Counted from the first letter of the stretch, positions 17,092 through 26,418 are shown. The stretch: DNA of 44,898 nucleotides from Gemmatimonadales bacterium (GCA_035266665.1 DATFMZ010000302.1:1-44898); one strand, 5' to 3'. Numbers and translations: made by a program. The notes: generated by a model from the sequence alone, not told the origin.

Positions 17092-19128
17092 ATGTCACGT
17101 CTCCGCTCGATCTTCGTGGCCCTCGCGGTGCTCGCGCTGCCTTCCGCACTCGTGGCGCAGCAGCACGCGATGACCATCGCCGACTATCTCTCGCTCAAGA
17201 CCGTGGGCGACCCCCAACTCTCCCCCGACGGGAAGACGGTCGCCTATACCGTCACCGACGTCTCGCTCGAGAAGAACGCTGGCTTCACCCACATCTGGCT
17301 CGCCCCGCTCGCGGGCGGCGCACCGCGCCAGATCACGTTCGGGCCTGGCTCGGACATGGCGCCGCGCTGGTCGCCCGACGGGAAGACGCTCGCGTTCATC
17401 TCGACCCGTGAGGACGGCGCCCAGGTCTGGGTCCTGTCCCTCGCCGAGGGCGGCGAGGCGCGCCGACTGACCAAACTCGACAACGGCGCCAACGACCTCC
17501 TCTGGATGCCGGACGGCAAGGCGCTGCTCGTGATCGCCGATACCAAGTGGCCCAAGATGCAAGAGATCGATGAGCGAAACGGCGCCTTCCCCACCGAGGC
17601 GAAGATCTGGACCAACCTCATGTACCGTCACTGGAACGAGTGGCGGGTGGGCAAGCGCCAGCACGTCTTCAAGGTGGACGTGGCCGACGGGACCACCACC
17701 GACCTCACGCCGGTGGAACACGACGTCCCGACCATTGCCACCGTCGGCGCGGGCGACGTCGCGGTCTCGCCCGAGGGGAACGAGATCGCCGTCGCGATGC
17801 ACGGGGACTCGACCGTCGCGGACAATACGAACGTGGACGTCTACGTCATGGGGCCGGACGGCGGGACGATGCGCGATCTCACGTCGCCCGCGCACGGTGC
17901 CGACAACACGCCGCGGTTCTCGCCCGACGGGAGGTGGATGTCGTACATCTCGCTCGAGCGCCCCGGCTTCGAGGCCGACCGCGGGCGGCTGATGCTTCTC
18001 GCCCGGAGCGGCGACAAGACCGGTGGCACGCCCACGGAAGCCACCAAGGGGTGGTCGCTTTCGGTGAGCGCGTACACCTGGTGTCCCAACTCGCAATGCG
18101 TCTATGCGCAGGTCGAAGAGCGCGGCAGTGACGTCATCTATCGAATCGACATCCCGTCGTTCACGCGCACGCGGGTCGAGACCGGCGGCGTCAACACGAA
18201 CATCCAGGTGGGCCCGGACAGCAAGACGCTGGTCTATCTCCACCAGAGCAACACGCAACCCGCCGAGGTCTGGGCGGACGGACATGCATTCACGCACGTC
18301 AACGACTCGGCGGTAGCGACGCTCGATCTTCATCCGCTCGAATCCTTCGGGTTCGTGGGCGCGATGGGCGACTCCGTCTTCGGCTGGATCCTGAAGCCGC
18401 CCCACTTCGATCCCCACAAGAAGTATCCTCTGGTCTACCTGGTGCACGGCGGCCCGCAGGGCGCGTGGACCGACGATTGGCACCCGCGCTGGAACTATCA
18501 GATGTTCGCGTCGCCGGGCTACGTGATCGCCGCGGTCAACTTTCATGGCTCCACCGGCTACGGGCAGAAGTTCACCGACGCGATCTCACGCCACTGGGGT
18601 GACTACCCGTTCGAGGACCTGATGAAGGGGCTCGATGTCGTGTCCAAGCTCCCGTACGTGGATTCGACACGGATGGGCGCGGCGGGCGCCTCGTACGGCG
18701 GGTACATGATCTACTGGATGGAGGGCCATACCCATCGCTTCAAGGCGGTGGTGGACCACGACGGCGTGTTCAACACGGTGAGCGCGTTCGGGAGCACGGA
18801 GGAGCTCTGGTTCCCGATGTGGGAGTTCGGCGGCACGCCGTACGAGGGCACGCCGGATGGCAACCGCGCGCTCTACGAGAAGTTCTCGCCGCTCAATTTC
18901 GTGAAGAACTGGCAGACGCCGATGCTCATCATTCACTCGCAGCACGACTATCGACTCGATCTGTCGCAGGGACTCGAGGCGTTCACGGCGCTGCAGGTGA
19001 TGCACGTGCCGAGCAAGTTCCTCTACTTCCCGAACGAGTTCCATTTCGTCACCAAGCCGCGCGATCGCCGCCTCTGGTGGGGGGTGGTGCTCGATTGGCT
19101 CAATCAGTACCTGCGTCCGGGGCGGTAG
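17092..19128 (+). CDS. S9-family prolyl-oligopeptidase/acylaminoacyl-peptidase-like serine peptidase with TolB-like propeller, secreted
   Basis: ORF 16861..19128 trimmed to ATG 17092 (MSRLRSIFVALAVLALPSALVAQ signal). Repeated SPDGK propeller motifs. GASYGGY nucleophile elbow, HSQHDYRLD. Confidence 0.9.
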   Translation: MSRLRSIFVALAVLALPSALVAQQHAMTIADYLSLKTVGDPQLSPDGKTVAYTVTDVSLEKNAGFTHIWLAPLAGGAPRQITFGPGSDMAPRWSPDGKTLAFISTREDGAQVWVLSLAEGGEARRLTKLDNGANDLLWMPDGKALLVIADTKWPKMQEIDERNGAFPTEAKIWTNLMYRHWNEWRVGKRQHVFKVDVADGTTTDLTPVEHDVPTIATVGAGDVAVSPEGNEIAVAMHGDSTVADNTNVDVYVMGPDGGTMRDLTSPAHGADNTPRFSPDGRWMSYISLERPGFEADRGRLMLLARSGDKTGGTPTEATKGWSLSVSAYTWCPNSQCVYAQVEERGSDVIYRIDIPSFTRTRVETGGVNTNIQVGPDSKTLVYLHQSNTQPAEVWADGHAFTHVNDSAVATLDLHPLESFGFVGAMGDSVFGWILKPPHFDPHKKYPLVYLVHGGPQGAWTDDWHPRWNYQMFASPGYVIAAVNFHGSTGYGQKFTDAISRHWGDYPFEDLMKGLDVVSKLPYVDSTRMGAAGASYGGYMIYWMEGHTHRFKAVVDHDGVFNTVSAFGSTEELWFPMWEFGGTPYEGTPDGNRALYEKFSPLNFVKNWQTPMLIIHSQHDYRLDLSQGLEAFTALQVMHVPSKFLYFPNEFHFVTKPRDRRLWWGVVLDWLNQYLRPGR

Positions 19129-19162
19129 GCGCCACGGCGTGCGCACGTAGTGGCGTCGCGCC

Positions 19163-19636
19163 ATGCGGGTGAGGGACGCCGCCGCGCCGGATGTCGACCG
19201 CCTCGCCGACATCTGGTATGAGGGGTGGCGGGATGCGCACTTGGACATCCTGCCGCCGGAGCTCGCGCGGTATCGGACACGCGAGAGCTTTCACGAGCGG
19301 CTCGTCCGAGATCTGCCGATGGTGCGGGTCGTCGGTCCACCCGGCGCGCCGCTCGGCTTCTGCATGATCCGGGATGACGAACTGTACCAGCTCTACGTCG
19401 ATGCCTCCGTGCGGGGTCAAGGGAGCGCCGCGGTGCTCCTGGCGGATGCGGAGGCACAGCTCGCCGCACGCGGCGTCGAGACCGCGTGGCTCGCCTGTGC
19501 GATCGGGAATGATCGCGCCGCACGCTTCTACGAGAAGCACGGCTGGATGCGCGCCGCGACCGTTCGCACGCCCGTCGAGATCCCCGATGGGGTGTTTCCT
19601 CTCGAGGTCTGGCGCTATGAGAAGCGGCTTGGGTGA
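19163..19636 (+). CDS. GNAT-family N-acetyltransferase
   Basis: 157 aa; LYVDASVRGQGSAAVLL...ARFYEKHGW acetyl-CoA-binding pattern. Confidence 0.85.
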   Translation: MRVRDAAAPDVDRLADIWYEGWRDAHLDILPPELARYRTRESFHERLVRDLPMVRVVGPPGAPLGFCMIRDDELYQLYVDASVRGQGSAAVLLADAEAQLAARGVETAWLACAIGNDRAARFYEKHGWMRAATVRTPVEIPDGVFPLEVWRYEKRLG

Positions 19637-19638
19637 CC

Positions 19639-19665
19639 TGTCACGGGATCCACAGCCCGTGCGTC
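19639..19665 (+). promoter_or_regulatory. ECF41-type promoter-like motif upstream of the CMD/AhpD-like gene
   Basis: TGTCACG-ggatccacagcccgtg-CGTC (6/7 of the -35 heptamer, N16, CGTC). Starts 3 nt after the GNAT stop; 33 nt lie between CGTC and ATG 19699. Confidence 0.5.
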
Positions 19666-19698
19666 CTCTTGGTAGATCCCCCTACCAACAGGAGCACG

Positions 19699-20193
19699 AT
19701 GATGGATACGACCCGCCACATTGACATCGAGCAGATCGCCCCGGCCGCCGTTCGCGCGGTGCTCGGACTGGAACAATACGTTCGCCGGTCGTCGCTCGAG
19801 CCCGATCTCCTCGAGCTGGTGCGCCTCCGCGCCTCATACATGAACGGCTGCGCCTACTGCGTGGACATGCACACGAAGGACGCTCGCGCTGCGGGTGAGA
19901 CCGAACAACGTCTCTATGCCGTACCCGTCTGGCGCGAGACGCCGTTCTTTTCCGCCCGTGAGCGCGCGGCGCTCGCGTGGACCGAGGCGGTGACGGCACT
20001 GAGCTCACGGAGCATTCCCGAGTCGGCACGCGAGCAAGTCAGCTCCGAGTTCACCGATGCCGAGATCGTGGATCTCACGATGGCCATCATCACGATCAAC
20101 TGCTGGAATCGCGTCGCCGTCCCGCTCGGCGCCGACGTGGGGAGCTACACGCCCGGCCGGCATGAAGCGGAGCCCGCGCCAGCCGCTCGATGA
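19699..20193 (+). CDS. carboxymuconolactone decarboxylase / AhpD-like family protein
   Basis: ORF 19633..20193 trimmed to ATG 19699 (AGGAG 5 nt upstream). CAYCVDMH (CxxCxxxH) AhpD-core motif. Confidence 0.88.
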   Translation: MMDTTRHIDIEQIAPAAVRAVLGLEQYVRRSSLEPDLLELVRLRASYMNGCAYCVDMHTKDARAAGETEQRLYAVPVWRETPFFSARERAALAWTEAVTALSSRSIPESAREQVSSEFTDAEIVDLTMAIITINCWNRVAVPLGADVGSYTPGRHEAEPAPAAR

Positions 20194-20839
20194 ACCGGCT
20201 TGTCGGCCGGTAGATCGCTTCCGGGATCTCGGCGAGACGGGAGTGCTGGAGCTTCGGTCCGAGGCCGAAGAACTCCTGGAAGCTCATGATGAGCGGACGC
20301 CAGCGCGTGGGATCGATGCGGTTCGCGTGGCCGTCCATGCGGATCGCGTCGTCCACGTGCACGCGCACTACACGCACCTCGAGTGCCACGAGCCGGCCCC
20401 GCCGCTCGGGATCGCGGCCCTCGAGCTCGTGAATCCCCTCGAGCACGGCTTCCAGCTGCACGGGGCACTCCGCCACGCGCGGCGGTGCCACGCGATCCGA
20501 CGGGACCGGGGTGAGGCCGGCCGTGCCGAACTTGTCGGCCTCGTGGCGGTAGCCCATCGCCACCTTGTGCTCCGGCACGGGTGACGACCCCGTCGTCCGC
20601 GCCAGGCGGTCCACCGCCGCGACCTGATCCACCGACGGCAGGTTGAGCACGCACTCCCCCGACCGCTGAATGTTCGCGGGCGTGTGGGATCGTGCGCCGA
20701 ATCCGAGCATACAACTCTTGCCCAGCCACCACGCCGACGACATCGGTGCGAGGTTCGCCGAGCCGTCGGGGTTGCTCGAGCTCACGAGCACCACGGGGGT
20801 GCCGAAGTAGAAGATCGCGGGGTCGATGACCGAGTGCAT
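20096..20839 (-). CDS. flavin reductase-like (FMN-binding split-barrel) family protein
   Basis: ORF 20096..21130 trimmed to ATG 20839 (AGGAG upstream). FGTPVVLVSSSNPDGSANLAPMSSAWWLG... typical of the flavin-reductase domain. The Arg-rich tail overlaps the convergent CMD gene by 98 nt. Confidence 0.82.
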   Translation of the reverse strand: MHSVIDPAIFYFGTPVVLVSSSNPDGSANLAPMSSAWWLGKSCMLGFGARSHTPANIQRSGECVLNLPSVDQVAAVDRLARTTGSSPVPEHKVAMGYRHEADKFGTAGLTPVPSDRVAPPRVAECPVQLEAVLEGIHELEGRDPERRGRLVALEVRVVRVHVDDAIRMDGHANRIDPTRWRPLIMSFQEFFGLGPKLQHSRLAEIPEAIYRPTSRFIERLARAPLHAGRACSSPRRRRAGRRRDSSS

Positions 20840-20934
20840 GAACGCTCCTGAGGGTGAGACGCCGAACCGCCCTGCGCTCACGTTATCCGCACCGGCCCGT
20901 TGCATCGACCCGAATCTTGCGCGCCTGCCCGAGC

Positions 20935-20961
20935 TGTCACACCACGGCCCGCGCGTCCGTC
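20935..20961 (+). promoter_or_regulatory. ECF41-type promoter-like motif upstream of the OMP-epimerase-monooxygenase unit
   Basis: Exact TGTCACA-ccacggcccgcgcgtc-CGTC (N16). In the divergent intergenic region, with 137 nt to ATG 21099. Confidence 0.6.
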
Positions 20962-21098
20962 TACCGCATGAGAGACGTACTCTCGCGGTGAAACGGGCGC
21001 GCCGATTTCCCATCGCGCCATCACACAACATGCAACCGACCGGTGTCGTCCGCGGCGACGCCGGGCGGCGCACACGATACGAAAGGAACGTGTACGTC

Positions 21099-21695
21099 AT
21101 GTCATTCACACGAAACATCGTCGGAGCCATCGCGCTCTCCGCCCTCCTGGCGGCACCGGCCTACGCCCAGAACCACGCGATCTGGATCGCCGCGAAGGGC
21201 GGTGGGTTCAACGCGGTGACCAATCTCGACTCCGCCGGCACCGCCGACTTCAAGAAGGTCGGCTTCGACGTGGGCGGTGCCATAGGCGTCGACCTTCAGC
21301 GCTACGTCGCCATCCGCGCCGACTTCACGTTTGCCCGCAATCAGCTGCGCGCGGCCGGCGTGCCGACGGGCAACCGGCTCAACCGGTTCTTCTACGACGC
21401 GGCGGTGCAGCTCCAGTATCCCACGGCCGTCGGCGTCGAGCCCTACGTCTTTGCGGGCGGCGGGGCGGTCACCCTCCACGAGGTCGGTACCAGCGGCCAG
21501 AACAAGACCAAGGCGACCGGCACCGCCGGACTCGGCGTGAGCTACGCCGTCCCGGGGACAGGGTTCGGCATCTTCGCCGAGGGCCAGGGATGGCTCTATA
21601 AGGCGAAGGACCTCGGTGGCTCCCTCGCCGACTACGACAAGACGCAGATCGAACTCGCTTGGGGCGGCGGCGTATCGTACCGCCTGCCGTTCTAG
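21099..21695 (+). CDS. outer-membrane beta-barrel protein (OmpW/OMP_b-brl-like)
   Basis: ORF 20826..21695 trimmed to ATG 21099 (MSFTRNIVGAIALSALLAAPAYAQ signal). Alternating amphipathic strands. C-terminal ...GVSYRLPF with terminal Phe typical of OMP beta-signals. Confidence 0.75.
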   Translation: MSFTRNIVGAIALSALLAAPAYAQNHAIWIAAKGGGFNAVTNLDSAGTADFKKVGFDVGGAIGVDLQRYVAIRADFTFARNQLRAAGVPTGNRLNRFFYDAAVQLQYPTAVGVEPYVFAGGGAVTLHEVGTSGQNKTKATGTAGLGVSYAVPGTGFGIFAEGQGWLYKAKDLGGSLADYDKTQIELAWGGGVSYRLPF

Positions 21696-21840
21696 CGTGT
21701 CGCAGCATGCGCTCGATCGGCGCGGCGCCTTCCTTGCGGAGGGCGTCGCGCCCTGCGGCTGTCACGCCGCACGGTCCGCGGCGTCCAGCTGGGTGATCGC
21801 CAACGCGATCGAGCATCACTGGATGCGAAACGCGAAAGGA

Positions 21841-22812
21841 ATGTCGATGTCCGGGAAGACCGTTTTCGTCGCCGGCGCCACGGGGGTGATCGGGCGCCGC
21901 CTCGTGCCGGTGCTGCTGGAGGCCGGCCATCGCGTGACGGCGGTAGGACGCACGGCGGAGAAGCGCGCGCGCCTCGAGGAGGTGGGTGCCACGGCGGCTC
22001 CGGTGGATCTCTTCGACGCGGACGCGGTACGCCGCGCCGTCCGGGGCCATGACGTCGTCGTCAACATGGCGACACACATTCCGCCGAGCAGCCGCATCTT
22101 CGTGCCCGGGGCCTGGCGCCAGAACGACGGCGTTCGGCGCCGCGTCTCCGCGAATCTCGCGGCCGCCGTGCTCGCCACGGGCGCCGAGCGCATGATTCAG
22201 GAGTCGTTCGCGCCCATCTACGAGGATGGGGGCGATCGCTGGATCGAGGAGGACGGGCCGGTGCGCACCGCCCGTTACAACCGCTCGGTGCTGGACGCGG
22301 AAGCGGCGGCCGAGCGCGTGACTCGAGCTGGAGGAATCGGAGTTGTCCTTCGTTTCTCGTACTTCTACGGTGCGGACTCGGACTCCACGCAGGACATGAT
22401 GCGCTACGCGCGCCGGGGGCGGGCACCTGTCATCGGATCGCCCGACGCCTACATGTCCTCCGTCGCGCTCGACGATGCGGCGCGCGCCGTCGTCGCGGCG
22501 CTCGGCGTACCCGCCGGCCGCTACAACGTCACCGACGACCGCCCCGTCACGCGACGGGAATTTGCGGAGACACTGGCCGCGGCCCTCGGCGCGCCGCCTC
22601 CGAAGTTCTTTCCCGCATGGGTTGCGGCGCTGGGCGGCTCACTCGGCGCCATGCTGGCGCGGTCGCAACGGATCTCGAACGCCAAATTCGAGGCGGCGAG
22701 CAGTTGGAGGCCCAGGTACCCCAGCGTGAACGAAGGGTGGCGCGCCACCGTCAGCGAGGCGATGCGCAAGGACGCGAGGTCGAACGGAAGCGCCTCGATG
22801 GGGCGACGATGA
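21841..22812 (+). CDS. NAD(P)-dependent epimerase/dehydratase-type SDR
   Basis: ORF 21616..22812 trimmed to ATG 21841 (AAAGGA upstream). KTVFVAGATGVIGRRLV Rossmann motif. Confidence 0.88.
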   Translation: MSMSGKTVFVAGATGVIGRRLVPVLLEAGHRVTAVGRTAEKRARLEEVGATAAPVDLFDADAVRRAVRGHDVVVNMATHIPPSSRIFVPGAWRQNDGVRRRVSANLAAAVLATGAERMIQESFAPIYEDGGDRWIEEDGPVRTARYNRSVLDAEAAAERVTRAGGIGVVLRFSYFYGADSDSTQDMMRYARRGRAPVIGSPDAYMSSVALDDAARAVVAALGVPAGRYNVTDDRPVTRREFAETLAAALGAPPPKFFPAWVAALGGSLGAMLARSQRISNAKFEAASSWRPRYPSVNEGWRATVSEAMRKDARSNGSASMGRR

Positions 22813-23948
22813 GGAAACGAGCACTCATCGTGGGCGGCGGAATCGGCGGCCTGGCCGCTGCGCTTGCCATGCGAAAGGCGGGATGGGCGACGACGGTCTT
22901 CGAGCGTGCATCAGCCTTCAGTGAAGTGGGCGCCGGACTCTCAGTCTGGGCCAACGGACTCGACGCGCTCGATGCGCTGGGGGTCGGAGCCAAGGTGCGC
23001 GCGGCGGGACGCCGATTCGAAGCCGGAGCGGTGCGCACCACGACAGGGGATGTGCTCTTCAGCCTCGCGACGCAACACGCGACGGACGGCGATAGGTGGA
23101 TCGGGGTGATGATCCATCGCGCCGATCTTCTCGACATTTTGGTCCACGCCGTCGGCACGGGTACGCTCCGCGCGGGAGTGGAGCTTCAGGCGCTCGAGCC
23201 ACGCGGCGAGCGCGTGATCGCGCACTTCACGGACGGCTCGACCGACGACGGCGACGTCCTGATCGGCGCCGACGGGATACACTCCACCGTGCGCCGTGCC
23301 GTCGTCGGCCCCGAGTTGCCGCGATACGCGGGATATACGGTCTGGCGCTGGGTGGCCCCCTTCCCCGCGGAGAGGGTTCTCCCCGGCGAGACGTGGGGTG
23401 CCGGTGCCCGCTTCGGACAAGCGGCGCTCCCCGGTGGGCAGGTTTACGCGTATGCCACGCACGATGCCGCCCCCGGCGGCCGAGCGTCCGCGTCCGGAGG
23501 CGAGCGCGCGGAGATCGAGCGGCACTTCGGCGGATGGCATTCACCAATCCCCGCGCTGATCGAGGCCGCGCCTGAAGGCGCCATTCTTCGGCACGACTGC
23601 TACGACATTCGTCCCCTGCACTCCTGGTGCCGAGGGCGGGTGGCCCTCTTGGGCGATGCCGCGCACGCGATGACGCCAAACCTCGGCCAGGGGGCGTGTC
23701 AGGCGCTCGAAGACGCCGTAGCGCTCGGCCGTCACCTCACCGGCGCGGGCGACGTCGTAGGTGCACTCAAGGGCTACGCGTCGGAGCGCCGTCCGATCAC
23801 CGCGCGGTTCCAGCGGCGCGCGCGCCTCACCGGCGCAATTGGGCAGTGGCGCCATCCCCTGGCACTACGACTACGCAGGAGTCTCGCGCGCAGAGTGCTC
23901 GCACCGCTCAGCGCGCGGGCGATGCGCGCGATGATCGAGAGGGTCTAG
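22809..23948 (+). CDS. FAD-dependent aromatic-ring monooxygenase family
   Basis: ATGA overlap with the epimerase gene. ALIVGGGIGGLAAALAMRKAG FAD motif; DVLIGADGIHS and LLGDAAHAMTPNLGQGA motifs. Confidence 0.9.
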   Translation: MRKRALIVGGGIGGLAAALAMRKAGWATTVFERASAFSEVGAGLSVWANGLDALDALGVGAKVRAAGRRFEAGAVRTTTGDVLFSLATQHATDGDRWIGVMIHRADLLDILVHAVGTGTLRAGVELQALEPRGERVIAHFTDGSTDDGDVLIGADGIHSTVRRAVVGPELPRYAGYTVWRWVAPFPAERVLPGETWGAGARFGQAALPGGQVYAYATHDAAPGGRASASGGERAEIERHFGGWHSPIPALIEAAPEGAILRHDCYDIRPLHSWCRGRVALLGDAAHAMTPNLGQGACQALEDAVALGRHLTGAGDVVGALKGYASERRPITARFQRRARLTGAIGQWRHPLALRLRRSLARRVLAPLSARAMRAMIERV

Positions 23949-24829
23949 CGAGGCACCGACTCCAGCGCACGAAGTTTGTCCGGATTGAGCACCCGGTAGA
24001 CCGCGAGGATCTTCTCGCCGTCGGTATGAATGGCGGTGGCCGCGAACACACGCTCGCCGGCGTAGCTGATCCACGCCGGCTCTCCGTTGAGTCGCCCCAT
24101 CCGAGTGACCAGCATGCCGCGTGTCTTCCACGAGAAGCCGAGCACCAGGCGGGCCACGCGCATCGCGCCCCGGACGATCCGCGTCGCGGCACGCGTCTTC
24201 CCGCCGCCGTCACTTGCCCAGCTCGCATCCTCCGCGAGCAGCGCCACCACCCCTTCCTTGTCGTCCGCCTCGATGGCGGCGATGAAGTCGGTGAGGAGGC
24301 GCTCCTTGGACTCGAGGGAAACCTCGAAGCGCGGCTTGTCGCGGCGCACACGCTCGCGCGCGCGATGGACGATCTGCCGGCAGGCCGCCTCGCTCTTCGC
24401 GAGCGTTTCGGCGATTTCCGCGTAGCCGCAATCGAAGACGTCGTGCAGCAGCAGCGCCGCACGTTCTTCAGGCGCCAGCCGCTCGAGCATCAGCAGAAAG
24501 GCCATCGAGAGGTCGGACTCCAGCTCCGTGCGTTCGTCCGCGCGGCGCCACGGACCGGTGGGGAGCGGCTCCGGAAGCCAGGGCCCGAAGTAGGCGTCAC
24601 GTTCGGTCCGCGCCCGGCGGAGGCGGTCGATCGCGAGCCGGGTGATCACCGTGACGAGCCAGCCCTCGGGCTGGCGCAGGGACGACGTATCTGCTTCCTG
24701 CCACTTGAGATACGTCTCCTGCACGAGATCCTCCGCGTCCTCGATCGCACCGAGCATGCGATACGCGATCCCGAAGAGCCGGGGTCGGGCGCGCTCAAAG
24801 CGCGCGGTCTGATCGGCGATGGAAGCCAT
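23945..24829 (-). CDS. ECF41-group (SigJ-like) sigma-70 factor with fused SnoaL-like C-terminal domain (paralogue B)
   Basis: Sigma-2/sigma-4 regions, YFGPWLPEP linker, and C-terminal DGGGK and NPDKL motifs. In-frame ATGs at 24844, 24835 and 24829; I chose 24829 because the upstream promoter-like motif ends at 24846. The stop shares a CTAG tetranucleotide with the convergent monooxygenase stop. Confidence 0.88.
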   Translation of the reverse strand: MASIADQTARFERARPRLFGIAYRMLGAIEDAEDLVQETYLKWQEADTSSLRQPEGWLVTVITRLAIDRLRRARTERDAYFGPWLPEPLPTGPWRRADERTELESDLSMAFLLMLERLAPEERAALLLHDVFDCGYAEIAETLAKSEAACRQIVHRARERVRRDKPRFEVSLESKERLLTDFIAAIEADDKEGVVALLAEDASWASDGGGKTRAATRIVRGAMRVARLVLGFSWKTRGMLVTRMGRLNGEPAWISYAGERVFAATAIHTDGEKILAVYRVLNPDKLRALESVPR

Positions 24830-24845
24830 GGTCATTACGAACATA

Positions 24846-24871
24846 GACGGACGGGGGGCTGGTGTGTGACA
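24846..24871 (-). promoter_or_regulatory. ECF41-type promoter-like motif upstream of sigma paralogue B
   Basis: Minus strand reads TGTCACA-caccagccccccgtc-CGTC (N15). 16 nt lie between the tetramer and ATG 24829. Confidence 0.5.
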
Positions 24872-24905
24872 GGGAGTCGGCGGCGAGACCGACGGTCGGA
24901 ACGGC

Positions 24906-25385
24906 TCAGGCCTGTTGGCGGAGGTAGGCAGCCAACAGATCGAGCTCCTCAGCATACACGCGATCGAGCAGACCGCGGACGAGACGCCGTTCGACCCATC
25001 CGAGCGGACCCCGGCGTCTCGGGAAGGCGGTCGTGATGGTCACGCTGCATGCGTTCTCGCCGGGACGCGGCTCCACCAGGAAGGACGTCTCCACCTGCGC
25101 ATCGGGATAGGTCTCGACGAGCCGGCGTCCGGGCGCCGGCTCCGTCACGATCCCGCGCATCGTCCGGACGCGACCGGCGACCTTCGTCCGGACGATCAAC
25201 CGGGTTCCGGCACCGGACCCGCCTGCTTCCACCTCGAGACCCGCGAAGAAGCGTGGCGGCAGAATCTTCGGATGGGCCTCACGGTAGTCGGCGAACACGG
25301 CGTACACTCGCCCGGCCGACGCCTCGATGTGCCGGGTGACCGCGACGTCGTACGTCCGGCCGGCGCGTCGAGTGTCGGCGCTCAT
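24906..25385 (-). CDS. SRPBCC (polyketide cyclase/START-like) family protein
   Basis: ORF 24906..25496 trimmed to ATG 25385; about 159 aa. ...IEASAGRVYAVFADYREAHPKILP... pattern typical of SRPBCC ligand-binding proteins. Confidence 0.8.
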   Translation of the reverse strand: MSADTRRAGRTYDVAVTRHIEASAGRVYAVFADYREAHPKILPPRFFAGLEVEAGGSGAGTRLIVRTKVAGRVRTMRGIVTEPAPGRRLVETYPDAQVETSFLVEPRPGENACSVTITTAFPRRRGPLGWVERRLVRGLLDRVYAEELDLLAAYLRQQA

Positions 25386-25428
25386 CGCGAGCGCGTGCCC
25401 ACTGCGGTGTGTGCGAGCATGCGTGTCA

Positions 25429-25824
25429 TCACGTCTCCGAGGTACCGGCAACCTGCTGACCGGCCGATCGTTCGACCGCGGCGGCGAGCGCAACACCCAG
25501 GCCCATTGCGATACCGCCTGCCAGAAGATGCGCGAGCTGGACGACCCAGTGCATGGGCCCCGGCAGGATCCGCCCCTGCACTCGCCCGAACATGACGACG
25601 CCGACTCCCCAAAGGAAGACCACGGCCGCGAAGCCCTGTCGCACCCCCGCGCGAAACGCGAGTACCGCGATCACCCACATCGCGAGCACGAGTGTCGCAC
25701 CGAACACGATGTGCACCGGCAACCAGCTGAAGAGATACCCCGCCCAGATGGCGAGGCCGAGGAGGAGGGCTCCGCCCCCCGCGAGACGAATGAGATGCTT
25801 GAGAGCACGTGCGGCGCCGGCCAT
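25429..25824 (-). CDS. small integral membrane protein (4 predicted TM helices), unknown function
   Basis: 131-aa ORF with four hydrophobic segments and His residues in PVHIVFG and LAHLLAGG. GC3-rich codon usage consistent with neighbours. Has its own promoter-like motif upstream. Confidence 0.65.
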   Translation of the reverse strand: MAGAARALKHLIRLAGGGALLLGLAIWAGYLFSWLPVHIVFGATLVLAMWVIAVLAFRAGVRQGFAAVVFLWGVGVVMFGRVQGRILPGPMHWVVQLAHLLAGGIAMGLGVALAAAVERSAGQQVAGTSET

Positions 25825-25893
25825 GCGGGTCGACCTCCATGCGTGTGTTCGGCTGGGGCGGCGCCCTGCCGCCCTCGTTGTGTCCTGCCGCCC

Positions 25894-26418
25894 TCATGAC
25901 GGGTGAGACCCTGGTGCTGTGACACCCGGGCTCGACGCGGACCGGACGGGCCGCCTGAACACGATCACGAGGTTGACGATCACCGCGGGCACGAGCACGC
26001 CGAGGGCAAGTACCGGCGCCGCGGCCGGAAGGTGTGCGGCCGATCGCACCAGGCGCCAACGCCCGGCCGCGACCACCGTCGCGATCGCGCCCCAGAGCGT
26101 GGTCTCGAGCGCCTGGAGGCACTCGTCGGCGCGGAGATGGAATCCGGTGGCCATGAGGACGATGAGCGCGAGGCCGAGGCAGGCGAGGGGCGTGAGCCAT
26201 GGTAGGCGCCCCGTGGTCATCGGGAGAATCAATCCGGCGGCACCGAGCACCTCGGCGACGCCGATCGCGATCACCAGCGGGCGCGGCATGTCGGAAAAGC
26301 CCGTCCAGCGTTCGAGGCCACGGCCGACGAGCTTCGGGGCGCCCGCGAGAAGGAAGAAGAGCGCGAGGAACCCCTGCGCGCTCCAGAGCACGACATTGAG
26401 CGTATCGGATTGTGGCAT
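25894..26418 (-). CDS. DoxX-family membrane protein
   Basis: 174 aa, four TM helices. ...LFFLLAGAPKL...GVAEVLGAAGLILP... typical DoxX pattern. Confidence 0.85.
   Translation of the reverse strand: MPQSDTLNVVLWSAQGFLALFFLLAGAPKLVGRGLERWTGFSDMPRPLVIAIGVAEVLGAAGLILPMTTGRLPWLTPLACLGLALIVLMATGFHLRADECLQALETTLWGAIATVVAAGRWRLVRSAAHLPAAAPVLALGVLVPAVIVNLVIVFRRPVRSASSPGVTAPGSHPS
25898..25924 (-). promoter_or_regulatory. ECF41-type promoter-like motif upstream of the 4-TM protein / SRPBCC unit
   Basis: Minus strand reads exact TGTCACA-gcaccagggtctcacc-CGTC (N16). Lies inside the last codons of the DoxX gene, with 73 nt to ATG 25824. Confidence 0.6.
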
